From a virus, in IMG/VR virus record IMGVR_UViG_3300035047_000196: a stretch of 64,000 bases of DNA. One strand, 5' to 3'. Positions 1 to 10,022 of this stretch are shown one piece after another (within the stretch, counting starts at the first letter, position 1; each line of letters begins with the position of its first letter). The notes beneath the pieces were generated by a model. It was not told where the DNA came from, ran no database searches, and was given only the letters and a program-made list of their open reading frames with translations. The translations under genes were made by a program, and so were the position numbers.

Positions 1-1
1 T

Positions 2-346
2 GTATGTTCCGACAGGAAAGAGGGTGTTGGTGGGTACAGCGGAAAGCCGGACATGGTTCGTGGCTGATATCACCTCACCCGTTACAACCATCCAACCCAT
101 GCTGGCATTCGTAGCCGTCACAATGTACCAAACAGGGTAAGCTCCAGAGTTCGTCACTTCCATGTAAGGAGAAGAACCGTCGTTCACCCAGAGATCATAT
201 TGCAAGGAATCCCCCTGGTGGATCTCAAACTGTTCCGTAGTATTACGGACATTCCTGACATCGCTGGTTGCTGTCAAATTCTGATGGACTGCATATGCAG
301 GACTCACCAGAAGCATCAGCATCAGTACTACAATCAATTTTCTCAT
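2..346 (-). CDS. Partial distal tail-region protein with signal-peptide-like N-terminus (runs off window start)
   Basis: Hand translation from ATG at 346: MRKLIVVLMLMLLVSPAYAVHQNL..., open to the window edge; preceded by GAGGAG RBS. Confidence 0.7.
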   Translation of the reverse strand, partial: MRKLIVVLMLMLLVSPAYAVHQNLTATSDVRNVRNTTEQFEIHQGDSLQYDLWVNDGSSPYMEVTNSGAYPVWYIVTATNASMGWMVVTGEVISATNHVRLSAVPTNTLFPVGTY

Positions 347-1934
347 TGTGTTCTCCTCTCTTAAATATCAGTGCAAGTCACCAGCCCAGTGTTTGCCGGA
401 GTCAAGGTGACTTTGTATAGATTTGTTGTGACCGTGTACAGATAGATGTTTGTGCCTATCCAGGTTTTGTTACCGGTATTTTTGAGTTCGTCTTTGATTT
501 CAAAATCCTCGTCAACCGCTCCCTTGGGGAACACTAATCCTTCAGCATAAGTGAATCGTGTAGTAAGAGCCTGATTAAGCCCGTTACCCCACCCATAGAT
601 ATAAGCACTACCGCCGGCAGAAGCCCCCGCTCCCCAGTTGGGATAGATATGAACATCCCCGCCTTGAGAAGAGGAACCGTCATTCCCCTGCCCCGCCTTG
701 AGCCATAGATCATTTGCATCTGCAGTTCCAGATGCTGAACTGCCCGGCTGAACTGTCATGTCTTCATTCACCCCATTCAATCCGTAATGCTGTTTAGAAC
801 GAACCACGTTTGAAAAGATACCACTGTTACTGTCCAAATCGGATATAGAAGCATCTTGACTAACGATCTCTTTCATATAACCACGGCCACCAACATACAA
901 ATTATTTCCAATCCGGACCGTTCCATTAGTGTGCGGACGGATGTAAAAGTCATCGAAGTATGCCTGTCCATTTGTGATGGTTAAATACAACCGCAATGGT
1001 TCAGAAGAAATAGGGTTTAATTCAAAATGCTGATCCCCAAAGACATCTTCGAAAAGCTGTGTCACACTTCCAACAGCTACTACAACATCACAAGAAGAAT
1101 TCGCTATGTTGAAACTTCCCGTATAGGTGACACCCCAATAGAATGCCATACTGTTAGTAGGATAGATAGTTGGAGTAGTCTCATCATTACCCACTAGCTT
1201 ATTCAGCGAGTAAGACATGGTATCTATTTCCCACCACTCAGCATCTCCGGTGAATGTCCCGTTGTTGGCCAGACTTCCACCTGGCTCATAAGTGAGGTCC
1301 AATATATTCCCATCCTGGAGGTCTGTTCTCGTGTCCAATGTGAGTTGATATTGCCCCTCTGCTATACCGAAAGAATTGCTTTTATCTGCTATGATTTCAG
1401 GAGGCAGATTAGTGATTCCTTCTTCATTGATCCAAATGCCTTTTGCATTAGTAATGGACCCATCTTCGGTGAGGATAACGCCGTTGGCTATCTTGATCTG
1501 TTCTGTGGTACGGAACCCTGTCCCATCATACCCTAATAAGCCTTCGCCAAGACCCGCGCCGGAATCTTTTAACTGGAGTGCGCCGGAAATAGGGCCGCCC
1601 CCTACAGCACTTATGACTAAGGATGCGCTAGGTCCAGACGCATTAGTTACCTCAAAAGAAGTATTCGCATATGCATTTTGAAAATGACTGGGTCCGGATA
1701 AACTCAAAGATGAAAACTTGGCCGTACCATTACTGACAGTACCTCCATTGAGATTGAGATTAGTCACTAACATACTGCCTTCAAAAATAGCATTGGAAAA
1801 AGTATTCCCATCTCCATCCAAATTCGTTACCAGCTTACCGTTTTGAATCGGGAATGTCCCGTCCCCAAAAGCCATCCCAACTGTCAAAATCAATATCGCA
1901 ATTCCAGTTCTCTTCATTGTGTTCTCCTCTCTTA
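344..1934 (-). repeat. Identical stop-RBS-start junction (TAAGAGAGGAGAACACAATG on minus strand) at 344-363 and 1915-1934
   Basis: cattgtgttctcctctctta occurs at both ends of the 518-aa gene. Confidence 0.9.
361..1917 (-). CDS. Gly/Asn/Thr-rich distal tail or fibre-like protein with signal-peptide-like N-terminus
   Basis: 518-aa ORF downstream of tape measure; beta-rich composition; starts MKRTGIAILILTVGMAFG. Confidence 0.55.
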   Translation of the reverse strand: MKRTGIAILILTVGMAFGDGTFPIQNGKLVTNLDGDGNTFSNAIFEGSMLVTNLNLNGGTVSNGTAKFSSLSLSGPSHFQNAYANTSFEVTNASGPSASLVISAVGGGPISGALQLKDSGAGLGEGLLGYDGTGFRTTEQIKIANGVILTEDGSITNAKGIWINEEGITNLPPEIIADKSNSFGIAEGQYQLTLDTRTDLQDGNILDLTYEPGGSLANNGTFTGDAEWWEIDTMSYSLNKLVGNDETTPTIYPTNSMAFYWGVTYTGSFNIANSSCDVVVAVGSVTQLFEDVFGDQHFELNPISSEPLRLYLTITNGQAYFDDFYIRPHTNGTVRIGNNLYVGGRGYMKEIVSQDASISDLDSNSGIFSNVVRSKQHYGLNGVNEDMTVQPGSSASGTADANDLWLKAGQGNDGSSSQGGDVHIYPNWGAGASAGGSAYIYGWGNGLNQALTTRFTYAEGLVFPKGAVDEDFEIKDELKNTGNKTWIGTNIYLYTVTTNLYKVTLTPANTGLVTCTDI

Positions 1935-2738
1935 TTCAAATAACAGATACGAAAGTTTGTAACCGCTCTTGTCCGTCACTGCGGAAAGGTCGGCGGTGAA
2001 TCCTGCAGTCGATATGGTCCCGTCCCTGACAGACGCCCAAAGGTTCTGATCCGAGGCCCCCGGCTTATGGACAGTTAACATAACAACTGAGGGAGTGGCC
2101 GAAAGGCTCAAGCCGGAAACAATCACTGAATCAGCTCCATCAGCAATACTGACTACCCCCGCTGAAAGCTGTGCGCCGTAACGAGCATCTGATTGCGCTT
2201 TGGTATAATAATCAGAATCAGGTTCCGGCGGGACAGAACTGGCATCATCAATGATATTGAAACATCTGAAATCAAACTGAATAGCATAGATCAAGTCTCC
2301 AGTACCGGCCTCATATGCTAGTAATTCAAAAAGAGTGCTGTTCTCTTCGCTATCAGTACTGATCTTGTCTTGGTAGGAAGAATTGTTGGCATCAAGACGA
2401 ATGCTGAACTCCCCTGTGGTCGGGTCGGCTTGTGTGCCTCCTCCTGACGAACCCTGATCCCCATACCAATCCCCGACCTTATTGATATTCGCGTCTAGTG
2501 TTTTGCACATAGGGTCTGTGCTATGATCAAAGTCACTATCTACAGAAGCGGTGAATGTCTCTGTCCCATCAAAGACCTCAATTGGGTTGTTGATGGAACC
2601 GTCCACTAAGCGAAGATTCACAATAGGCTTTTCCTTGTAGATGATGTACGGATACTGAGCTTGCCTGATCTCCTCGTCAGAAGCGTTCAAGTGTCTCTTG
2701 TTTGTGACGTCGTACCAAATGTCAATTATTCGAGCCAT
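1932..2738 (-). CDS. Tail/baseplate-region protein (possible BppU-like adaptor)
   Basis: 268-aa ORF with RBS in distal tail position; family guess is weak. Confidence 0.45.
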   Translation of the reverse strand: MARIIDIWYDVTNKRHLNASDEEIRQAQYPYIIYKEKPIVNLRLVDGSINNPIEVFDGTETFTASVDSDFDHSTDPMCKTLDANINKVGDWYGDQGSSGGGTQADPTTGEFSIRLDANNSSYQDKISTDSEENSTLFELLAYEAGTGDLIYAIQFDFRCFNIIDDASSVPPEPDSDYYTKAQSDARYGAQLSAGVVSIADGADSVIVSGLSLSATPSVVMLTVHKPGASDQNLWASVRDGTISTAGFTADLSAVTDKSGYKLSYLLFE

Positions 2739-2740
2739 TT

Positions 2741-5596
2741 CTATTCTCCTTCTTCATGGGTGTAATCAAATTGAAAATCTACAACCGCCAAAGCCCTGGG
2801 CTTGGGAGCGGAAAAGGTGGCGCCTCCCCACATTGACTGAACATATCGTTGGTTACATTCCGGACCATAACTGGACTGATCCATAATAGTATCTAAACTG
2901 TAAGGGAAACGCCCTGGTGTTAAACCAGTGTAAGGATAGTTCCAAAACCAGTAAGCAGAACCAGCCGAACCATACCAAGTGTACTGATCATCAGATATAT
3001 GCGGCCGGGTTTCTGTTTCCAAGACAGCATCATCTTCGTCGTAGTAGAGTCCTCTTACAAAAGTCAAAGCCGAAGACACCCAATCACTGGCCCCATAAAA
3101 ATCCACCTCCAAAACCTCTGGCTCTACTGTTACAGTTTCTTGGTGGACAAACCCCTGAGAATCACCAGCCCAGTCAGGAACACTGACATCTGGATCCATA
3201 GCCATCATAACCCAATTGGTATACGGTTGATTCTGAACAGCACGGACATCCCCGTCCTGCCGGCCGGCATAGCCCTGGGTGTCCAGAAACCAACTCACTA
3301 CTACAGGCTTCTCATAGGCAAGCAATAGCAGATGCTCCCAACGAGCCCTACGCCCCGAGCCGCTACAACGATGGAACTCTTGGAAGTCGCCACACCAAAA
3401 GCTATCATGGGTCCATCCTGAATACTCACTTGCCCATTCATTACGGTATGCAAAATAAGTAGGATCAATGGACTGTGATATGTGTTCTATAGAATTTGTC
3501 AACACAAAGCTAGCAGTAATATCATCATCTTCACCGATTCCAAAGTTTTCATTCACCCCGTACTGGTCTTCTTGTACATCATAGAAAAAGCGCTCGTTAT
3601 AGTTATCGTCATCACGGAATTGCTGACGGCCGAAACATTCCAAAATAGCCCGGCGAGCCCAAAGTTGTTTTTTAGTAACGAACCCAGGATTAGAACCCAT
3701 GCGAACGTAACGCACAGCTCCGGCAGGAATGACTGTCTTGACCTCAATCCTGTAACCTACGTCATGCGGTTTGTTGACAGAAAGCCAAGCATCATTTGTG
3801 AATACCATATAGCGATCTTCCGGAGTATTGACAGTCACCGACCAACTCCAGGTGTCTGCCTGATTGGTAAACATATTGACATCTATAAACGCATCAATAT
3901 CGACTACATCGTCATCTGGGGATTCTATAGTGGTCAGCCCCGTACGAAATGCTGTTTTCAAACCCACTCCGGCGTCCCATTGAAAAGCATCTGTAGCCGG
4001 TTCATGTCCATCAGGCCAAACCCAAAAGTGTTTCGGTGGTGCGTGGTCAACGTTAGGCTCCCCCCAAGCATAACCGCCAAGCGGAAAGGAGAATGGGAAT
4101 GCTTCGGATTCTTCTACCGCTCCGGTATGCGAATTATAGGCTAGGACGAAAGAACGAAACTTGGATTGATCCTCAAGCCTGAAAAGATAGAAAGCATTAT
4201 ACGGCCGCCAAACACCTTGGACCCGTTCACCGGTATCTTTCATTTCCCAAGCCACTTCCCGAACAATCCCAGTTCCTCTATAATTGAAATCGCCAGTAGG
4301 CCAAAACTCTTCTGGAGACACATTGCTATCAATAACGGTGTCCCCTAGATACCAACTCAAGCCAAGTGTGTCTCTGTATCCGGTAGTGCTTATTTCGGTA
4401 TCGCCAGAGACTATATACCAAGCAAGCCACTGCGGCCGGAAGAAAGGATCATAGCTAGAAAAGAATCCAGAAGCCTTATTCATATCAGTCCCATACAACA
4501 CCCAGCTTCCATTAGTAGGAGAAAACTTTGCGACGGCGATTGGGTCTTCTGAGAAACTCCAAGCCGGGGGATCCACTTCGACAATCCCATCAAAGTAGTA
4601 AGAGCCATTCAGTTGAACCCCTCCTCCATCAACAATACCGGTACTCCACCCACTGATTTGAATGTTGGTCTCGTAGTAATGCATTCCGGAAGCCCACCCA
4701 TACATTTTTGTGTGAGCAACAGCAAGCGTTACAGTGGTGTCTGTCAGATACTCCTTCGAGAAAATGAAAGGCCAGTCTTGTGGCGTGATAATTCCGTAAT
4801 GATCTACATAATGAACCTCATCCCGAGTCTCTTCAGCTTCATACACATTGTACTGCGGGGGAGTAAGAGCATGCCCTTCCAACGTTTCTGTAACAGAAGT
4901 GGTAAATGTTCTGGTCGGGAAAGTTATCAGCGAGTGGCCCATGCCCAGTGTATTGGAACCGACGCTGTTCACATAAACTTGAATGCTGGTCCACGACAGA
5001 CGTGGAAGGCTGCGGGTCCATCTTGCTGAATAGGGTTTCCATATATCATCGTCATCATCCCAACGCCAGCCTTGAACAGTATTGGTAGCAAAGATTTCTC
5101 GAATGGAAGAAGCTCCCATACTCGCCCAACCCAAACCCGGCTCGTCTATCCAGTAAACATCGTATTCAGAAATGAGTTCAACAATCTTAGAATCTACTGC
5201 AGACAGCATCGGCCAATAACGAAAGACTAAAGGGAGTCGATCAAAAGGTCGCCAACGGCTCGGCACACCGGACATCCCGGTTAAATAAAGGTTTGTCAAG
5301 GTTAATATGGCCTGGCTACCGTCGTCCGCTTCCAATTCAAAATCATTTACCCAAACCGCCGGGCTCACTTCATCTTGCCAAAGCGCAGTTCCGTCATTTG
5401 GATCAGTGGATTCTTCCTCTACATCCAAATTATGGGACCGGCAGGCTTCTGCCTTTTCAGTTGCTGAATCCAGTAAGTTCAAAAAGAGATCTGAATGAAT
5501 GGAAGTGTCCTCCCAGTGTTCAGACCATTGTGAATCTGCAAAGGACATTCTCGAAAAGAGAACGACACCTATCAAAATGTATGTAAACTTACGCAT
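2741..5596 (-). CDS. Large Trp-rich tail-region protein with signal-peptide-like N-terminus
   Basis: Probable start M24 of the 974-aa ORF (MRKFTYILIGVVLFSRMSFA), overlapping the upstream stop. Confidence 0.6.
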   Translation of the reverse strand: MRKFTYILIGVVLFSRMSFADSQWSEHWEDTSIHSDLFLNLLDSATEKAEACRSHNLDVEEESTDPNDGTALWQDEVSPAVWVNDFELEADDGSQAILTLTNLYLTGMSGVPSRWRPFDRLPLVFRYWPMLSAVDSKIVELISEYDVYWIDEPGLGWASMGASSIREIFATNTVQGWRWDDDDDIWKPYSARWTRSLPRLSWTSIQVYVNSVGSNTLGMGHSLITFPTRTFTTSVTETLEGHALTPPQYNVYEAEETRDEVHYVDHYGIITPQDWPFIFSKEYLTDTTVTLAVAHTKMYGWASGMHYYETNIQISGWSTGIVDGGGVQLNGSYYFDGIVEVDPPAWSFSEDPIAVAKFSPTNGSWVLYGTDMNKASGFFSSYDPFFRPQWLAWYIVSGDTEISTTGYRDTLGLSWYLGDTVIDSNVSPEEFWPTGDFNYRGTGIVREVAWEMKDTGERVQGVWRPYNAFYLFRLEDQSKFRSFVLAYNSHTGAVEESEAFPFSFPLGGYAWGEPNVDHAPPKHFWVWPDGHEPATDAFQWDAGVGLKTAFRTGLTTIESPDDDVVDIDAFIDVNMFTNQADTWSWSVTVNTPEDRYMVFTNDAWLSVNKPHDVGYRIEVKTVIPAGAVRYVRMGSNPGFVTKKQLWARRAILECFGRQQFRDDDNYNERFFYDVQEDQYGVNENFGIGEDDDITASFVLTNSIEHISQSIDPTYFAYRNEWASEYSGWTHDSFWCGDFQEFHRCSGSGRRARWEHLLLLAYEKPVVVSWFLDTQGYAGRQDGDVRAVQNQPYTNWVMMAMDPDVSVPDWAGDSQGFVHQETVTVEPEVLEVDFYGASDWVSSALTFVRGLYYDEDDAVLETETRPHISDDQYTWYGSAGSAYWFWNYPYTGLTPGRFPYSLDTIMDQSSYGPECNQRYVQSMWGGATFSAPKPRALAVVDFQFDYTHEEGE

Positions 5597-6092
5597 GGCC
5601 AAACTCCGCTGATATATGAATATCCCCGCCCAGCCAGCAACGCTCAGTGATTCTCCAGCGGCCATTAGACTTCCGAAGTCGCAGAAGCGTTTTCCAATAG
5701 TAGTCCATATTTGGGACTTTGTATTCAGTCTCCGCCTCTTCCGGAATCACAGCGGTCTGTGTCAAACGATCATATCTCAAACAAATGTAGCAATCTGTTC
5801 CGACTAGACTCACTGTTCGGTAAGGCACTGATATTGGAGTGTCCAAACCGTCAACAATAACCCGTCCACCATTGATAGTTGCTTCATTAGCATCGGAATC
5901 GATATCAGTCTGTGCCATACCAAACGTGACAATATCCCAATCCATTCCTCCTCCTCCTGATGTGGGAGGGGCTTTATGCCTTCTGCGCATGGGCGTTCCG
6001 GAACCACGGGAACGTTCAAAGTCCCGAACCACTACAGCGGTACGCTCCATGAAGTCTCTACTTGGCAATACAGGTTTGTTAGCGTCAGCCAT
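5589..6092 (-). CDS. Tail-region hypothetical protein
   Basis: 167-aa ORF coupled to both neighbours. Confidence 0.65.
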   Translation of the reverse strand: MADANKPVLPSRDFMERTAVVVRDFERSRGSGTPMRRRHKAPPTSGGGGMDWDIVTFGMAQTDIDSDANEATINGGRVIVDGLDTPISVPYRTVSLVGTDCYICLRYDRLTQTAVIPEEAETEYKVPNMDYYWKTLLRLRKSNGRWRITERCWLGGDIHISAEFGHA

Positions 6093-7015
6093 TACACTTC
6101 CTTCGGTAGATCCAGATTAGTCCAATTGATTGCATAATAGGTTTGGTATTCCAGGTAGACCGGGTCGGCGCCATCAGCTAGGACACCGCCTTCACCGTCC
6201 ATCTTCTTCGGCTCAGTGACGTAGTTGTCGTCTGTGTCCTTGATTGGCGTCCATTCTCCATCTTCATCCTTGGTGTAATATCCTACATCAAGTATCTTAC
6301 GGATATGGGTATCCGGACGGACTTCAATAGTGTACTCGACTTCCCAATACTTCTGCCCATCCTCATTCCATGCCGGCTTTCCTCTAATACCTCTCATCAG
6401 CCCACATTTGGGTTCTATCTTTACATCGGCGACAACAAGCTGCTCGCTGTTGATGGTGTTTTTGTACTTCTCAGCACGGCCCGGCGAGAAGTCCTTTTCG
6501 TTACGCCGAATCTTGATAACGAGGTTGCTGACGTCCTGCATGATCGGTGGATCAAAAGATTGCCCTGCTGAATTTTCTATCGGGACGGATGGCGACTCTC
6601 GTTCATCTTGAGAAGCACCGGAATCGTCTTTCGTCATGCGATAAGCTCGGTCAACAACTTTGTTCAATCTTGCCCAATCAAAATCAATAAGCGGCCGAGC
6701 CTGCCAAGGAAAGGCAATGCTTTCATCTCCAGATATGAGATTCTGGTTACGGGGTCGGTAATGGACTGCCACATTCCAGAACAACCGGCCTTCATCATCC
6801 CGGCGAATATCCAAGTCGGTGCAAATAGCATTGGTGTCCGACGGATAGAAATCGTACACGTAAGGTAACTCGGATGTGCTTTGAAAATAATCAGCAATGG
6901 TCGGAATAGTGTCTGTAATCGCTGACACCTTCACCTGATAATTCCGAACGTAGTGGCGTCCGTTTTTATCTACCTTGCCGCTCCGGCTTTTCTCATGTAC
7001 CCATTCAATGCTCAT
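6092..7015 (-). CDS. Putative distal tail / tail-tip protein
   Basis: 307-aa ORF immediately after tape measure with ATGA overlap. Confidence 0.6.
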   Translation of the reverse strand: MSIEWVHEKSRSGKVDKNGRHYVRNYQVKVSAITDTIPTIADYFQSTSELPYVYDFYPSDTNAICTDLDIRRDDEGRLFWNVAVHYRPRNQNLISGDESIAFPWQARPLIDFDWARLNKVVDRAYRMTKDDSGASQDERESPSVPIENSAGQSFDPPIMQDVSNLVIKIRRNEKDFSPGRAEKYKNTINSEQLVVADVKIEPKCGLMRGIRGKPAWNEDGQKYWEVEYTIEVRPDTHIRKILDVGYYTKDEDGEWTPIKDTDDNYVTEPKKMDGEGGVLADGADPVYLEYQTYYAINWTNLDLPKEV

Positions 7016-9237
7016 AGTGTGACCACCTCCAGGTCTTCCATAGAGAAGCCCTCGGCTTCTAGCGCCTTGGCAATCCTACGATTCAACTTCTCTATAGCTT
7101 TCTGGTATTTCAAATTCTCACGTTCATGTTTTTCAATCTTATTAATGTCTTGTTCAGACTTGGACTTTCTTTGCGCTAGGCTATAGGCCTCACGAGACCC
7201 CTTCTCATAAGCACCAGCTCGTTGATTGAACAATCCCCGTCCTGTTGTATCTGCTGCACCATCCTTTAATAGATTGGAGTACAAACCAAATTGAGCTTGA
7301 GCTACTTTCAACAACTTCATTCGAGTCTTTGCTTGATCGATAGCAGTGCCCTTAGTCAAATCTTCTTCTAACTGCTTCCGCTGCATAGCAAGAACCTTGA
7401 GCTTCTGCTCATCTGTTAATCTATCAGCAGCGAACCTTTTTAATTGATCTGCATACTCACTATTCAACTCAGCTACACGTGCCGCCCTTTTCTCTTCCAT
7501 CTGCACAACACTCTCTTGAACCTTTTGAATGCGTTGTGCATATTCGTCGATAAATTGATTCAGAACATAACGTTCTGATTTAGCCCAAGGTTCATTATTA
7601 CCTTGAAGATCGGTAAGCTGTTCCCGTAATGCGTCCTGCATTCCTTGAAGAGAAGACAAGCGCTTTTCAGGAGTCATAATCCCAAGATCTTCTTGGCGTT
7701 TGAATTCCTTGTTCAACAAACGCATCTGTTTGGTAAGCTCACTGGTCTTTTTCTGCATGTGATCGAGAGCCGCACCAGATACCTCGAATCCAAATTCTTT
7801 CTTCATCTTATGCTGCTGCTGGGCCCAAGCTGATGCTGATTCGTAATACGCAGATTGAGCATCCTTCATCTCTGCCCATTTCTTTACTACAGCAGACCAA
7901 ACTACAAGAGCAGCACCAGCCGCCCCACTCGCTGCAGACATAGCCCCCGTCATATTCTTCAACCCTACCGCAGCAAGGCCTGTTGCCTTCGACAGGAGAC
8001 CGAGTGTCAGTAACATAGGACCTAACCCCATGGACAAACCAGCGGTGATTCCTACACCCCTTTTCATTTCATCACTCATGCCTCTGAGATTGGATGTGAA
8101 CTGTCTTAAATCTTTTGAAGCATCAATAAGTGCCGGCTTCCACACATCGGAAAAGTCTCTTGCTAAATTCTGCAATTCATGACGAGTCATCGTCATTTGA
8201 TTGTTGAAAGCGGCAAGTTGCTTATCGGCAACATCTTGGGTAGTCCCACCTGCTTTGCGCAATTCTCTCTCGTACTCCCGAATCTTTTCAGACGTACCAA
8301 GAAGGAGCTTGATGAGTTTCCTCGATCGAACTGAGAAGCCCATCTGCTCTAAACGATAAGCACGCTCTTGATCTGAAACACCAACCAGCGCACGTTCCAA
8401 ATCTTCAACCACATCAGCCAGGTTCCTCATCTGCCCTGTACTATCATATAAAGACACACCATAGCGCTTGAACTCAGATTGATTCTCCATAGCGGCTTTT
8501 TCTAAGTGGTCAAGAACAATGGATAATTGCATGCCGGCTCGGCGTCCTTTTACACCCTGGTCTGCAAAAACAGCAAGGACAGCAACACCCTCTTCTATAT
8601 CTTTATTCATTGCCTTCAAAGCAGCACCAGCTCTGTTAGTCAATGAAGTTGAAAATTGCTCTACAGTAGCATTAGCCAACGTATTTGCTTTAACCAGAAC
8701 ATCTGTCACTCTGGTCAAGCCTTTCAAATTCTCCTCTACGTCTTTGGACTTCAATCCAAGAGCGCTTTGCGCATCAGCAGCAAGGGCAGTAGCGGTAGAC
8801 AAATCAAAAGCGCCAGCTTGAGCAAAACGCATAACAGGTCCTAAAGCTCCGAGGGATTGCTTGGCATTCATACCCGCAGAGAAAAGGTAGAAGTAGGCCT
8901 TTCCAAGCTCGTGCGCTGCAAAAGTCCCTTGAGTAGACATAGTATCTGCCATACCTGACAATTCGTTCTTCATCTGCTTTGTCATGTCTGAAACAATTGC
9001 TGTACTCTCAACCATGGACTTATCAAAACGACCCATCTCTCTAATGGACACAGCAGACAAGATGGACAGAGGGAGGGTCACACGAGTCGATAACGTGCGC
9101 CCCCACTGTGACATCATCTGTCCTGATTTCATAGTAGTAGCAGAGAAAGACTCTAATCTCATTTGCGAACGAACAATCGCCCTATCAAACGAAGATGTTT
9201 TTGCGTATAAACCTACACTGATATTTCCAAGATTCAT
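7012..9237 (-). CDS. Tail tape measure protein (TP901-like core)
   Basis: 741 aa, helical Ala/Leu-rich core, hydrophobic Gly/Ala segment; follows the tail chaperones. Confidence 0.9.
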   Translation of the reverse strand: MNLGNISVGLYAKTSSFDRAIVRSQMRLESFSATTMKSGQMMSQWGRTLSTRVTLPLSILSAVSIREMGRFDKSMVESTAIVSDMTKQMKNELSGMADTMSTQGTFAAHELGKAYFYLFSAGMNAKQSLGALGPVMRFAQAGAFDLSTATALAADAQSALGLKSKDVEENLKGLTRVTDVLVKANTLANATVEQFSTSLTNRAGAALKAMNKDIEEGVAVLAVFADQGVKGRRAGMQLSIVLDHLEKAAMENQSEFKRYGVSLYDSTGQMRNLADVVEDLERALVGVSDQERAYRLEQMGFSVRSRKLIKLLLGTSEKIREYERELRKAGGTTQDVADKQLAAFNNQMTMTRHELQNLARDFSDVWKPALIDASKDLRQFTSNLRGMSDEMKRGVGITAGLSMGLGPMLLTLGLLSKATGLAAVGLKNMTGAMSAASGAAGAALVVWSAVVKKWAEMKDAQSAYYESASAWAQQQHKMKKEFGFEVSGAALDHMQKKTSELTKQMRLLNKEFKRQEDLGIMTPEKRLSSLQGMQDALREQLTDLQGNNEPWAKSERYVLNQFIDEYAQRIQKVQESVVQMEEKRAARVAELNSEYADQLKRFAADRLTDEQKLKVLAMQRKQLEEDLTKGTAIDQAKTRMKLLKVAQAQFGLYSNLLKDGAADTTGRGLFNQRAGAYEKGSREAYSLAQRKSKSEQDINKIEKHERENLKYQKAIEKLNRRIAKALEAEGFSMEDLEVVTL

Positions 9238-9629
9238 TTACGCTGCCCTTTCTCCTCTTGCCTGATCCTGGCCCTCTCCATGAAAAGAGCCTGCCTCAAT
9301 TTTCCCTTCAACTGTTTCGAAGATGGGAAACGGGAGACTTCCTTCTTGCGCGACAGCTTTTTGTGGTCTGTTCTCTCTTGTGTTTTGAACCGGATGAGAA
9401 AATCTTCCATGTCCAATTTGCTCTTGCTCGAAGAGAACATCTCGACTATCCACTTGCAGATCTGTGCAGCAGCATAATTCACCATATCTTCGATGGGAGG
9501 ATTCGTTTGATTGAAGATCCGCCATTCGGCAAACTCCATACTCGACATCCTCATCTGTGCTTCTTCTACTGTGCATCCTATCTGTCTCGCTATCTGAAAC
9601 CAAGCGACCCTTTCAGGCCGCTGATTCAG
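9234..9629 (-). CDS. Tail assembly chaperone GT extension (-1 frame)
   Basis: -1 frame from 9629 reads LNQRPERVAWFQIARQIGCTVEEAQMRMSSMEFAEW and runs into ORF 9234..9554. Confidence 0.8.
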   Translation of the reverse strand: MNQRPERVAWFQIARQIGCTVEEAQMRMSSMEFAEWRIFNQTNPPIEDMVNYAAAQICKWIVEMFSSSKSKLDMEDFLIRFKTQERTDHKKLSRKKEVSRFPSSKQLKGKLRQALFMERARIRQEEKGQRK

Positions 9630-10000
9630 TTTTTTTCAGGGTTCTCCGAATCTCCAATACCATTGAGCTTTTGGAGTTTTGTAGCCAACGTCTCTATGAT
9701 CTTGGCCGGCATTTCACCCAGCTTGTCCAAATCATTAGTTGAAAACATGCGATTGCCATTCTCATCTATGATGGACATTTGGATCAAACGAACGCGAAGC
9801 CCCTTGATGGAAACCTGAGGCTTGCCATCTTCATCAATCGTGGTGTTTTGGTCCACGAAGGATTGAAAGATATCACGCTCTTTTCCACTAAGCTCTCTTA
9901 CACGGACAGATTTTCCCAACCTGGGAATATCGATCTCGAACGTTTCAAGCTTCGCTCCAAACAGCTCTTCTTTTGTTGCTATCTTCGACATATGCTTCAC
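9626..10000 (-). CDS. Tail assembly chaperone G
   Basis: 124 aa; VRVRELSGKERD motif; lies between tail tube and tape measure. Confidence 0.85.
   Translation of the reverse strand: MKHMSKIATKEELFGAKLETFEIDIPRLGKSVRVRELSGKERDIFQSFVDQNTTIDEDGKPQVSIKGLRVRLIQMSIIDENGNRMFSTNDLDKLGEMPAKIIETLATKLQKLNGIGDSENPEKN
9629..9635 (-). other. -1 programmed frameshift slippery heptamer A AAA AAC
   Basis: Minus strand reads GAA AAA AAC TGA at the chaperone end (XXXYYYZ pattern). Confidence 0.8.
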
Positions 10001-10022
10001 TCCTTCTCTATTTCTTCTCTTA

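Noticed and set aside
361-1917. N-x-S/T sequon enrichment in the 518-aa tail protein
   Set aside because: By hand count about 7 of roughly 40 Asn are in sequons, which is what the high Ser/Thr content predicts
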